DNA from: Octopus vulgaris
Taxonomy: Eukaryota
Direction: 5' to 3'
DNA length: 64,000 bases
Assembly (NCBI GenBank): GCA_951406725.2
Contig: OX597814.1
Span: forward strand, 173,352,001 to 173,416,000
The notes under the pieces were generated by a model, which did no database searches, was not told where the DNA came from, and was given only the letters and a program-made list of their open reading frames with translations. This document shows, piece after piece, positions 26,800 through 39,732 of this stretch; position 1 is the stretch's first letter; every line of letters begins with the position of its first letter. The translations under genes were made by a program, and so were the position numbers.

Positions 26800-27500
26800 T
26801 TATTCTAACCTAGATGCAAAACTAGATTTCTTACTTTGGCGCAATATTTCATACGTTATGAAAGTAATATCTTTTAATCCGCTGAATTATAGGATCAGAA
26901 ATTCTTGTTTATGTAGGGAAGCAAGGGATGATATGTTGGAATGGTTTCCTTTAGGGTTTCAGTGATTATGAGGCCGAGTCATTTTAGTGGGATTGAATAT
27001 TTTCACTGTGTTCTGTTTATGAATAAAGAAGATGTAGTATTCTGATGTATTTCCTTAAAAAATTATTTTAATAGATCCATTTTTTCTATGATATTTCTGA
27101 GGCTCCTGTACATATAAATTGTACAAGTTTTGTAGAAAGAGCTGGATTTTCTTGTGTGTGGCATCTTTGTGAATAGTGAATGATGATAACATCCGCCCAA
27201 GGTTACATGTACAACCGTACTTGTGGTAAACCAAACTAAACAGTTAGAGATATTCGTTGGTACACGATGATATAGACTGAGACATTCTTGGTTGAATGTG
27301 TTTTCTGTTGGCACATATGATGCAGATAGCATTATTTGAGCAGTGTTCTTCCTCTCCAAATAGTTCTCACCAGAATTTTATGGTCGCGATATCATTTCGC
27401 ATTACTAACTGCTTACTGAGAGTTAGATTGCAAGTCCTGAAAAGGTTATTCGGAGATAAGTTATATGTTTTGCTTGAACTGTGATATTTGTACAGAATAT
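26800..27500 (-). pseudogene. Highly decayed Penelope-like RT C-terminal region
   Basis: Minus-strand fragments SLYHRVPT (cf. VYRKPT) and TYHPLLPYINK (cf. TYHP.LP.I..I). Confidence 0.4.
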
Positions 27501-27564
27501 CTCTTGACTTCAAGTTAATATTCAATTCAGTGCTTGAATACTTTCATTCTTGTCAGCAAAATCA

Positions 27565-27953
27565 AGGTGGTGAGCTGGCAGAATCGTTAGCACTCTGGAA
27601 AAATGCTTAGTGGCATTTCATCCGTCTCTACGTTCAGAGTTCAAATTCCACCGAAGTCGATTTTACTTTTCTATCGTTCTCTTTTGCCGAACCGCTGAGT
27701 TATGTGGACGTAAACACACCAGCATCGGTTGTCAAACGATGTTGGGGGGGGGCAAACACAGCCATGCATACACATATATATGCATATATACGACGGGCTT
27801 CTTTCAGTTTCCGTCTACCAAATCCACTCACAAGGCTTTGGTCGGCCCGAGGCTATAGTAGAAGACACTTGCCCAAGGTGCCACGCAGTCGGATTGAACC
27901 CGAAATCATGTGGTTCGTAAGCAAGCTACCTACCACACAGCCACTCCTACGCC
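27565..27953. mobile_element. SINE B head (+, 27565-27670) abutting SINE A (-, 27670-27953), tail-to-tail
   Basis: Direct similarity to other copies in the window. Confidence 0.8.
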
Positions 27954-28972
27954 TATATACTATATTTTTTTAGTAGATTCGTATTTCGTGACTTTTTATA
28001 AAGTTACCTTTTACTCGTAATGCAAATTTTACTATTCTAGGTAAAAATGTTTAGAATGCATTCCTGTTGGGGAAACAGTATAAAATTCTCAAGTCTTCTG
28101 ATATTAGTGGCCTTGATATCATCATAGAAATCAGTATTCTATTTTCCTACAGAGCGAGAGACTGGCTAAATCAAGAGTGTGAGAGATTAAATGCACTAGT
28201 ATTTTGTTTCGTTAAACTGTTTAAATGCTCTTCACGTCCTAAGCTCAGATCCCTCCGGGTTCAACTGTGACTTCCAGCTTTCTCGGGATGATAAAATAAG
28301 GTCCCACAAGAGAGCGATGGTTCAACAGAATTATTAGCGTTTCTGAAATTTTATGTTTTGTGTATGCTAACAGGGGAGGTCTCGGAAACCTCTCAGAAGT
28401 CAGCCGAAAGAAGGGTCAGCCATTTTTCATTTTACTTGACAAAGTCATGAGGAGTCGATCTCCACCTGACCAAAATACATATTTCCTTTAATTTCTGAGC
28501 TCGTATCTCATCAGAGTGAACTATACTTTTCATCCTTTTAGCATTTCAGTGTTGATAAAGCACATTAGTAGTAAAGTACCGTGGTTGATCTAATTGACTA
28601 TAACCTATCTTTCAAATATTTGGTCTTTTGCCTATGCTAGATTTCATATTTTACGTTCAGTCACTCTTATAGTTGTCGCAGTTTTCAAATGCAACGTAAA
28701 AGATTCTGAGTTCTTTAATCATATACATTTCAAATAGTTTGCTACTTCACTTCGTTTCCCTTCATGTTTTCCTCCTCCTCCTCCTTTCACATCTGCTGAC
28801 CTTTTTCCTCTTCTTCTTCTTCATTTTCGTCTTCCTCCTCTTTATCACTTTCATTCGAACATAATTTTCATTCGGTGTTTTTTTTTTTAACAAATCTAAT
28901 TTTATTTTTCTAAAACGTTCATAAAATTATACATTATTTACAATTTCATTTCAATTCGCTTTTAATTAGTTT

Positions 28973-29021
<49 letters not shown>

Positions 29022-29049
29022 ATATATATATATGTGTGTGTGTGTATGC

Positions 29050-29120
<71 letters not shown>

Positions 29121-29718
29121 CACACACGCATGTATGCTACTTTTGCCAAATTGCTAATTTTTCTACCATTTTTAATGAACATTTTTAATTTTTTAATCTT
29201 AATTTCTTTTCATCATATCCTTCTTTCCTGCCTTGTACCACCAATCATTTCCACTTTAAAAAAAAAACGTAAAAATGTTTTTTAAATGGAACACATTAAA
29301 TGTAACTAAAAGAGAAAAATGAAATGAGGGAAATGTGTGTCCGTGTGTGTGTGTGTACATGGAGGGGGTACGTGTGTGAATGTGCATGTGTGTGTGTGTG
29401 TGTGTGTGTGTGAGTTAGGGGAGGTGGTTAGAAATAATTAAAAGCTATGATTCTCTTACACCATGTTGTGTTGATCATTGAACATGTATTAATATGCTAT
29501 CAATAACACCGAATAAACTGCAAGTTTAGATTTTGCACAAGCTTTTTTAATTACACTAATTCCTTGTTTAAAAACATATAAATCACAACAACAACAACAA
29601 CAATGATAATAATAATAATAATGACAATAATAATAATAATAACAATAATAATAATAATGATAATATTAATAATAACAACAACAACAACAATATCAATAAT
29701 AAAATGGTGATGATGATG

Positions 29719-29752
<34 letters not shown>

Positions 29753-29754
29753 CT

Positions 29755-29875
29755 TAATAGTCGGTGATAATGTATCTCTAAAAGAAATGGAAAAATCATC
29801 CAAATATAAAGGTCTGGAAAATAAAGATAACCTGAATGTACAGATTGAAAATAGGAACAATCTCTAAAGTAATGA
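29755..29875 (+). pseudogene. R4/Dong-like RLE fragment after (TAA)n/(GAT)n
   Basis: DNVSLKEMEKSSKYKGLE is similar to INVSVKTYQKLNKYKDLE at 61739-62239. Confidence 0.55.
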
Positions 29876-30169
29876 ATACGTTAATTTTGCTTGTTTCAGA
29901 CAAAGGTTGAAAATGATTTAGAATAAAAAGGATGCAGACAAATCCATAACCAAAATTGCATGATTTAGAAATAGACACATGATGCAGTAAACTAAATGCT
30001 GAGATACAACACTCACACACACACACACGTTTTGTTGAGTACTTTTAATAGAAAAGAAAAGAACAGAACAAAATCCGATAAAAAATACTGCATATACTTA
30101 TGACACAGAGAACTGCTCTTGGTACTCCCACGAAAGTTTACAATGAAATTTATTTATTTATTTTTATTT

Positions 30170-30462
30170 ATGCGCCCTTTTCAAGCCTAGCCAAGCTCAT
30201 GGGCTCGGTTTCCCGGTTTCTGTGGCGTCTGTGTTCCTCCCAGCTGGACAGGACGCCAGTCCATCGTAGCGTTACTCAAGAAACAGGAAGAGACAGTGAG
30301 AGAAAGTTGTGGCGAAAGAGTACAACAGAGGTCGCCACCCCCACCCCTGCCGGAGCCTCGTGGAGCTTTAGGTGTATTCGCTCAATAAACACACACAACG
30401 CCCGGTCTGGGAATTGAAACCGCGAGTCTGCTGCCCTAGCCACTGGGCCATTGCGCCTCCAC
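30170..30462 (-). mobile_element. SINE family C head with tail type 2
   Basis: Same head as 60507; 3' part GATGGACTGGCGTCCTGTCCAG...GGCTAGGCTTGAAAAGGGCGC then (TAAA)n. Confidence 0.85.
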
Positions 30463-30469
30463 TGCTAAA

Positions 30470-30693
30470 TAACTGCTCCAAATGTTGGCACAGGTCTAGT
30501 ATTGTTTGATGGGGTGGGGAAGTCGATTACATCGATCCCTGAACTTGTGCTTAGCTGATCATTATTTTATCAACCCGGAACGAAGGCAGGCGATATTGAC
30601 CTCGGCGGAATTTGAACTCAGAACATAAAGACAAACGAAATGCTGCTAAGTATTCTGTCCGGCATACTAACCGTTCTGCCAACTCGCCACCTT
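30470..30693 (-). mobile_element. SINE family B
   Basis: Reverse complement matches the 5682-6036 head and body. Confidence 0.8.
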
Positions 30694-31405
30694 AAGACTA
30701 CAGAATAATCCTTTCTACTATGTCTGGGGTGCTAAGATTCTGATATCTCGCTGCCCGAAGACTTCAAAATATTAATAATAATTTTTTTGAAATTTTCTCA
30801 CAAAACTTCAAATTTTAGAGAAGTGTGTAAGTCGATAAAATCGGTCTCAGACCAAGTAAACCTTAGAATGGATAGCAACACTGGCAACTATAATCACTAT
30901 TATGGGCACTTTTAATTTAATAGTGCTTCTGTTACATATACCGAATTTTATTCAGCCGGGCGGCTATTTCCAACATCAGTGAGTAATCATTCACTGTTTA
31001 CCTATGTCGGTGACAACAAATTTCATCTAAACAAGTTGCTGGCTGTGAGTACATGCTATTGATAACTGTGAGTACAAGCTATCGACAACAGTCACCTCCA
31101 CTTCTTGGACAGTTTTCGTCTTCCCTTGATATATATTGTGTTTTTAAACACTGTACTCCCTTAGAGATATTATCTCCGGGTGAGTACTTTTTGGAGTGTA
31201 TTTACGTTAAGTATGATACGTAGGTGGCTATTTTAACATAATTCTGCTTATTATTTACAGTATTTACATTATTTACATTTGACGGATATTTGTCCTCATC
31301 TTCATTGTTGTTAACACAACTTTCAGTTGATATACTCTCCAGCCTTCATCGGGTGTCTTGGGGAAATTTCGAACCTGGGTTCTCATTCCTAAGGTATTTT
31401 ATCGA

Positions 31406-31483
<78 letters not shown>

Positions 31484-31594
31484 CATTATTATCATCCAGG
31501 TCACTGCCTGGAATCGACACATGTTCGTGGGCATATGGTGTAGTGGTTTTGAGCGCGAGCTGCTAACCCCAAGATTCCGAGTTCGATTCAGTGA

Positions 31595-31653
<59 letters not shown>

Positions 31654-31656
<3 letters not shown>

Positions 31657-32210
31657 GCCCTGATGCAGTACCAGGCAGTGGCTCTCATGGCTTCTGATCT
31701 TAACTGATTGGAAGTGTTATCATGTACATTGTTTTGTCTTGGTATAAAAGATGGGCTACAGCAAATATTCTGCTCAATACCACAGATTTGCTTGTCAGTT
31801 GTTTGACCTTAACCAGTTGAGCATGCCCCTTACTGGCTGACGATATGTGCATCTCTGATCACGAGCAGAAGTAGTGGGGGAGCATCATAGCCATGTGTTG
31901 AGAAGGATTCTTTGGGGTTTGAATAATTCACCTCTGGAAACATAGGTGTTTCGTTCAACGTCCTTAAACAACCCTTATTCAGGGACCTTTTGAGCGGGAT
32001 GGGTTACTCGATCTGAAGAAAATTCTAACTGGGCTCCACCTTCAAGGTCATGTGCTGTTTATCTTGATATGAGATGACCATGTCGCGCACATATGGTTGT
32101 GATGCATGTGCCTGGTGTACCCTTATCAGACGGGTAGTCATGATGGGTATACTGGGCTTCGTATATTTTACCCCAGTGTCACTTTGATGGCATGCTCTGC
32201 TCGCTCACTC
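31654..32210. mobile_element. Unclassified 557-bp non-coding insert within (AAT)n
   Basis: Bounded on both sides by (AAT)n; absent from the inverted sister copy, where the AAT tract is uninterrupted. Confidence 0.7.
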
Positions 32211-32268
<58 letters not shown>

Positions 32269-32316
32269 TCGAAAAAATACCTTAGGAAAGAGAACCCAGG
32301 TTCGAAATTTCCCCAA

Positions 32317-32362
32317 GACACCTGATGAAGGCTGGAGAGTATATCAGCCAGAACGTTGTGTT
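32317..32362 (+). ncRNA. Minimal type I hammerhead-like motif (GAAA mutated to AGAA in this copy)
   Basis: GACAC-CTGATGA-A-GGCTG-gagagtatat-CAGCC-AGAA-CG-TT-GTGTT; the sister copy at 31313-31357 (-) retains GAAA. Confidence 0.65.
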
Positions 32363-33142
32363 AACAACAAACAAGACGAGGAGAAATATCCGTCAATTGT
32401 AAATAATGTAAATAATGTAAATAATTCCTCATCTCTTAAATATAGAACTGTATTATAATGCTGCTTCTGTTGCACATAACTGATTACTAGCTGCCCTACA
32501 GCACATAAGATATTTTGTTCTCCTTGCTGTACAATGCCGGATGAACGATTCTAGCGACAACGGAGAGCAGTCTCTTAATAATGTCTGTTCGATCAGTGTT
32601 GGTCTCAAGCTGAACGTCAGTAAGAGCAGCAAAACTATTTTTGCTTTTACTGTAAGACAAAAAAAAAAAACATATTCGGAAAGAAAATCTTGAACCAGCA
32701 TTTTGAATTCTTTTATTCCTGCTTTAATTTGTACTCATTTCTCTTATTTATTATTTATTTCATTCATTATTTATTTATTCTCATAACAGGAAAATATTCC
32801 TATGTATTCTCTTCTATATATGATTTACTTCCCGCTCCAAGCAATACGAACTTCTAACAGTATTCCCTTTCTCTTTTATTTTCAATAATTTATATACTGC
32901 ACCGGTTATATCCACTAATAATGCAAATGCACGTGCCTGTGTGTGCATAGGGATATAAGTTTTGTATATGTAAGGCGGTGGCTGTATATTACCATATGTA
33001 TGTGTACACAAAGACACTCACACGTGCACACATGCACACACACACATGCACGCGCATATATATATATGCACGTACATGTGTGTATGTGCATGTGTATGTA
33101 TATATATATATAAATATATATACATACACGTGTGTGTGTGCA

Positions 33143-33248
<106 letters not shown>

Positions 33249-33398
33249 CATATGTATATATACATATATATATATGTACATATATATATGTACATATATA
33301 TACATATATATAAATACATACATATATATATATACATATATATATATACATGCATATATATATATACATGCATATACATATATATATGTATGTATGTA

Positions 33399-33465
<67 letters not shown>

Positions 33466-34067
33466 GTATATACATACATACATATATATATACATATATA
33501 CATGGTGTGTGTGTGTAAATATACACACATACACATGCGAACACTATAGGATTAATGCAGTACATATGCGTAAATAAATGCAGATGCAAACCTATGCATA
33601 CATACGTTAGCTATGTGCGCTGCGCTCGCGCGTGTGTCAGTCTGCGTGCGTGCGTGCGTGTGTGTACGTGTGAATGAATCATCTCTTGGTTTCCAATATG
33701 AGTAATCTACTTGTTCCATCAAGTAAAGTACCTGATGCCCCTAAGTTACGACGAAGTAGCTACGTATTCTGCATACACATGTGCCGTTAACTTAATGCTG
33801 AGCAAATTCAGAACGGCACGATGTTTGACAAAGCTGTCTTTGAATTACGGGTCTGGACATTTCGATGAGCTTCCACACTGTCTCCGTTTTTCCTAACCAT
33901 AATCCGAGGCTACGCTATATGGCACTTGACCAAGATACCATGCAAAGGAAGTCTAAAAATATGGCTTACAGGAAACATGATTTTCAATTTTTTTTCTTGA
34001 TGGTGTTGCATCTTTTCTTTCAGTTTCTATATATGCATACACACTCACACACACACACACGCACACA

Positions 34068-34640
34068 AAGAAAATACAAATAAAAATGTCAGTTCAAGGG
34101 GTATTCACAATTAATAATATTTGTTTGACGCCGAAAGAAACAAATACTTATAGAGTAGAAGCGTAACGTTTTGGATTAAGGTTTTCGTCGGATACAACGG
34201 GAAACTGCAGGAGAAACTGAGAAGAGAAGGATGTGAAGAAAGAATACAGAAAAAGAGAAAAGATCCACGAAAATCTAACCTAGGTTCACATGTTTGACTT
34301 AGATATACACAGGTGTGCACACATACACACCTAAATGCATATGAAACATGCGTGCGTGCGTGCGCTTAAAAAACGCATATAAAACGTGTGTATGTGTAAG
34401 TCGATCATGTGAATCTAACCTAGGTAAGTTTTTATGGCTCTCTTCTCTTTTTCTGTCTCCTTTTTTCACATTTTTCTCTTCCCAGTCTCTCCTGCAGTTT
34501 TCTGTTGTATTCGACGAAGGTATACATCCGAAACGTTATACTTTCACTCCATAACTATTTCTTTATTTCGGCGTCAAACAAATTATATTAATTGTAGATA
34601 TCCCTTGGACTTCTGTCATTTTTTATTTGTTTTTTCTTTA
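34068..34640. mobile_element. Diverged inverted repeat with about 240-bp arms (PLE pLTR-like), each arm with a degenerate hammerhead
   Basis: Arms about 34068-34310 and 34390-34640; right arm GTAT-TCGACGA-A-GG-tatacat-CC-GAAA-CG-TT-ATAC (34507-34541). Confidence 0.75.
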
Positions 34641-35729
34641 TGTGTGTGTTGTGTGAGTGTGAATTTTCTGTGCGCGCGCGTGTGTGTGTTTGTGTGTTTG
34701 AGTGTGTGTGTGCGTGCGTGTGTGTGTGCTATGTGTATGTGTGATTGTGTCTAAGTGTGTGTGTGTGTGTGTGGAGAGAGATAGAGAGGGAGGTGTACAG
34801 ATGGACACATTAAGCATTAAACTTACTTTTACCTCATTGAATTGAAAAATATATATGCAATGATTATTTATTTGTGCAAATTCACGAATCTGCTGGCAAA
34901 AGCAAAATCAAAGCTATTTGGCCGATCTCTGTAAGACTCCATCTTTGAATGATATTATTCCGTTCCTATTTTAGCTCATAAATAACACTACGATAGGCGA
35001 AAGACAACTTCTAGATATTGTTTTAAACGTTTTCTCCCCTGAGCGAAGAAATACTTCTTAAATTTCAATAGTGTGAAAGGGGGATGAATGAATGTACTAA
35101 AATGTAGAAGATAGTATTAAAGATTAGTCGTTATTATAAAGTATGAGTTGATAAATCTGTAGCTAAATTTGGTAGACTTGTGGGATACCACAATTTGAAA
35201 GATACATGTGGAAATGGCGACATGTTCCAAAACACTTTGAAAGAGCTTTTAGGTAATCCTTTGAAGTTTTATGTCGTACAAAACGTTATTTTCTCCAATG
35301 ACCATTAACTTAATCTTCCTTTCCAATTAATATATGTGTTGTTTAATTCATCCGCCATTGTATGCCATAATGGATGTTATAAATATAACCTTTAGGATAA
35401 TACCTAGAGCGTCTGTCTTAACCATTGTAATGTTATGAGCATGACACGATATAATATCAGTGATGAATGCAACAAGTATTTCGGAACTGATGAGAATGTT
35501 GCATACGTCGGTTTTCTGAGAAAGGCTAGAGTGACAAAACAAAAAACAAAAAAAAATCAGCACATTTGGGAAGATATGAAAATTAACGCTGTCTACATTC
35601 AGTAGTACCCTGTAGTACTAGCACGTAGTATACAAGACTGTACACTTGAAAAGACCTGCAGTTTAGTCATTAAAACTAGGAAAATGCTAATTACTACTGT
35701 TAATTTCTACATAAACTCCAATTCCTGTA

Positions 35730-35953
35730 TTCTTTTATTTGTTTCGGTCATTTGACTGCGGCCATGCTGGAGCACAACCTTTAGTCGAACAAACCGACCC
35801 CATGACTTATTCTTTGTAAGCCTAGTACTTATTCTAACGGTGTCTTGCGCCGAACCGCTAAGTTACGGGAACGTAAACACACCAACATTGGTTGTCAAGT
35901 GATGGTGAGGGGAACAAACACTGAAACACAAATACATACATATATACATACAT

Positions 35954-36009
<56 letters not shown>

Positions 36010-36418
36010 GTAAATGTAATATATGACAATTATTCGGTAGCCATGATAAAACTCCGAGTTTCAGATGTCGGTGTACAAATCCACGGCGCCATCTCTTCAG
36101 TTATCCGACCATCGGAAAAATGCAATGAAAATGATCGTTAAACAAAGGGAAATTACTGTGTCATTGACCGTTATTCAGACAAAGGAGCTATTTGAATGAT
36201 CGCTAAGTGAGCGTATATATATTTATTTATTTATTTATTTTTTATTTATTTATATACGACGGGCTTCTTTCAGTTTCCGTCTACCAAATCCACTCACAAG
36301 GCCTTGGTCGGCCCGAGGCTATAGTAGAAGACACTTGCCCAAGATGCCACGCAGTGGGACTGAACCCGGAACCATGTGGTTGGGAAGCAAGCTACTTACC
36401 ACACAGCCACGCCTGTGC
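35730..36418 (-). mobile_element. SINE family A carrying a 200-bp insert (36008-36215) in its internal microsatellite
   Basis: SINE tail half 35730-35930 and head half 36255-36418 flank the insert. Confidence 0.88.
36045..36105 (-). ncRNA. Type I hammerhead ribozyme-like motif
   Basis: Minus strand: GATAA-CTGAAGA-GATG(GCG..GTG..CAC CGA)CATC-T-GAAA-CTC-G-GAG-TT-TTATC; quasi-palindromic stem III; one extra U before GAAA. Confidence 0.7.
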
Positions 36419-36949
36419 CTGCAATATGGATAAGATCTATGTTGATGGGAAGGGTAGAAACAGAAGCATACAAATCCAGTTCTAATAGCCTTTGAGAGCT
36501 GCATTGTAACAGTTAGATAGCACCGTGAGAATAGTAAATGTAGAAATCCGTGCACCGTTATCTCAATACTTATTGTTCTTAAATAATATAGCAATGGATA
36601 TAAATGTAGGACTGTCAGAGCTAAATATCTTTGATCATATGTGTTTGATCATGAGACTGACCTGGAGTTAAATAACACCACCAATAAGACGACCACCACC
36701 CCCGACAACATAAATATTAAGAATTAATGCAACAGATAAAAGGTAACAACAAAAATAACAGCCAGAACAATAGAAATGTTTTACGATGAACCCAATCGAC
36801 CGGTTTTCATAAACTATTGATTCCCACATCACACGTCACACGTGAAAGTAGGAAGCAAACAGCTCACCACTCCAGCGCTGCACGTTTATCTTCAATTCTT
36901 ATACTGCACACTGTTCTTCAATGGACTATGATGATGCGAGTGTGTGTGC

Positions 36950-37017
<68 letters not shown>

Positions 37018-37259
37018 AAAGCTTTGCTGCATGCAAGCTGAGATGCTGCCTGAAATAGTCGAACGGAAAAGCCGATGAAATTCCACAGTAGATATAAAAT
37101 GTCAACATGCTTCAAAGTAAATCTCACTGAAGAGATTCGTTCGAGCGTGCTGCGGTGACATATTCCGCTGGTAGTCTTTTTGTATGCATATGTGTGTGTG
37201 TGTGATGCACGCGTGTGTATAAATACGCACGCACAAGCACGCTGTGTTTATGCACAGCT

Positions 37260-37307
<48 letters not shown>

Positions 37308-37411
37308 ACACGCACACACACAGAGAAATATATGCATGTACCTTTGTATATATTCAAACAAATATGTATGCATGTGACGCATGTGTTGATCTCTCTCTCT
37401 CTCCCTCTCTC

Positions 37412-37474
<63 letters not shown>

Positions 37475-37596
37475 ATGAATATAGATATACATATACATAT
37501 ATATACATACATATATATACATATATATATAAATACATATATATACCTATACATATACATATATATACATATATATTTATATACATATACGTACCT

Positions 37597-37655
<59 letters not shown>

Positions 37656-37761
37656 TGTATGTATATTTATGTCTCTGTGTATGCTATGTATATTTGTATT
37701 TATATACATATGTATGTGTGCGTATGTATATGTATATGAAGATATATATATATACATATGG

Positions 37762-37848
<87 letters not shown>

Positions 37849-38484
37849 TATACACATATACATATATATGCATATACACATATACATACATGCATATACA
37901 CATACATATACATACAAGCATTACACGCACGTTTAATATATATTATATAATTGTGTGTGGATATTTATATATAATTAATAAGTATCATTGATTCTTCTAT
38001 GTAGCGCCACAAATAGAATTTTATAAAAATCTTCTTTATTTCTATTACATTCCTTTTTATAAATTGGATGCATTCAACTCCAGTTGTTTTTATTTATTTA
38101 TTTCTACTGGGAACCCAGATTCGCAAAGTGCATTGCCAAAATATTTTATACAAATTTCGAAGTAAATATATTTAATAACGAGTGCTAATAATCATGGTAT
38201 AGTAGTTATAGGATTTTCACAATCAGTCCAGCATAAATGATCTCTTAGATGCTCTTACGTTCTTATACATTTTAATGTGTGTGCGTGCGCGTGTAACATA
38301 TACCTTATTTGCCGTGCAATTTAGTGATAATGCACTATGTATATAGGAAAAGTATGATAAACATAGGATGTAATTTACGCTACGATCCCTACGCCCGTTT
38401 CACGATTGTGGGTAATTGCATCTTCTGTAATGTGTGTTCATAGTGCATTTGGATACATTTTATATGTGCCAACATAATGTACTA

Positions 38485-38850
38485 CTTACTTACTTGTGGC
38501 GACATTTACCCTGGGCGGGTTGAGTCGGCTTCTTCTACTCATGGAAGAAGTTTTGTGGGAATATGTGGATTTCACAAGCGGTCCCCAACAATCCCGCATG
38601 TGGAGACATCCTGTTTGCCGCAGATTGTCTGCAGACGCAGGGACAGCACGACCGAGGAGCCGCCGGTTGCCGAAGCAAACACTCCGAGGATTTTCACCTG
38701 AGCCCCATCTGCCGGGTTGTGGCCCTAATACCACTCGGTCTCAGACCAATCCGCCTTGGGTGGCCCTACCAGGAACCGAAGTTCCCGACGGCATTGCTCT
38801 GACACTACCCGTTGCCAGCGTTCCCACTACGGTGAGGAGGGAATGGATTT
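38485..38850 (-). mobile_element. Short GC-rich RTE-derived non-autonomous retroposon (5' UTR-like sequence plus (AAGT)n tail)
   Basis: Candidate TSD TGTACTA (38478-38484, 38851-38857); GAGCAATGCCGTCGGG...CCTGGTAGGGCCACCCAAGGC..TGGTC resembles RTE/Rex3-type 5' UTRs as I recall them. Confidence 0.6.
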
Positions 38851-39278
38851 TGTACTAAAATGTTGCGTTTGTTTGTGTATGTACTCCGGAAAAGTGAGGA
38901 AGTTACAATTGTACTTAGTAATATTACCGGTTATGATATACAGAGCAAATATAGGATGAGTTCTGGTAGACATAAGAAGCCATTTATAGTATTTCTTTCC
39001 TGTGCAGTTTTCGCCATTTTGGCTATTTGCATCTTCTGCAGTGGATGTTCATAATACAACTAGATGCTAATCTTCTAGAATTCTTCGAGGTAACACTTAA
39101 TTACATTATGTTGACACAAATCAAATACAACCCATTGTACAATATACACACATTGCAAAGGATGGAAATACCTACAATGGTGCTCTGTGCGTAGAACAAA
39201 TGGTATGAACATTTGTATATATTAGGAATCCAGTAATAGTTCTATCTGTGGCTATACAGAGTTTCATATACGCTCTCT

Positions 39279-39314
39279 GTTGATGATACCCTCATAAATG
39301 AGGGTATCATCAAC
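39279..39314. repeat. Perfect hairpin with 17-bp arms
   Basis: GTTGATGATACCCTCAT-AA-ATGAGGGTATCATCAAC. Confidence 0.9.
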
Positions 39315-39427
39315 TCATTCTTAATTAATATATACTTTACAAGCTGTATTCAGTGCCATTTTTGTCTATAAAAAAAAAACGAGAGCTCACTTCTGTGTCT
39401 GTCTGTCTGTATGTATGTATGTATGTA

Positions 39428-39732
39428 TGTTGTTTGTTCCTTCTCGAGCCACGCCTGGCTCATAAGGGCCGGTTTCCCAGTTTCCTTGGCGTATAGGTTC
39501 CCCACCTGGACTGGACGCCGGTCCGTCGCAGGTGAGTTGCAAGATGCAGGAAGAAAGAGTGAGAAAAAGTCGTGGCGAAAGAGTCAGCAGAGGTTCGCCA
39601 TTACCTTCTGCCGGAGCTGCGTGTAGCTTAGGTGTTTCGCTCATAAACACACGCATCGCCCGGTCTGAGATTCGAACACGCGATCCCTCGACCGCGAGTC
39701 CGCTGCTCTAACCACTAGGCTATGTGCCTCCA
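39428..39732 (-). mobile_element. SINE family C-related head with tail type 2 variant
   Basis: Head GGAGGCACATAGCCTAGTGGTTAGAGCAGCGGACTCGCGG; tail GAAACCGGCCCTTATGAGCCAGGCGTGGCTCGAGAAGGAACAAACAAC. Confidence 0.85.

Larger units (their letters stand above)
31251..32450 (+). mobile_element. tRNA-headed, hammerhead-bearing element (31529-32450) preceded by an inverted partial copy (31251-31517)
   Basis: A box TGGTGTAGTGG 31536, GCT anticodon-like loop, B box GAGTTCGATTC 31579, CAGTGACCTG-(AAT)n, then a 180-bp body; 31251-31517 is the reverse complement from the B box to the (GTAAATAAT)n end. Confidence 0.85.

Noticed and set aside
31529-31598. tRNA-Ser(GCT) gene
   Set aside because: No complete acceptor stem or long variable arm; runs into a repeat body, so it is a SINE head. 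The other tRNA-like heads are likewise SINE heads
35607-35628. miR-10-like start TACCCTGTAG
   Set aside because: Only the first 10 nt match; the rest diverges and no precursor hairpin is evident
38640-38665. HDV-like ribozyme P3/L3 (GGC-TCCTCG-GTC on minus strand)
   Set aside because: No P1/P1.1 GG or P2 partner in the required order
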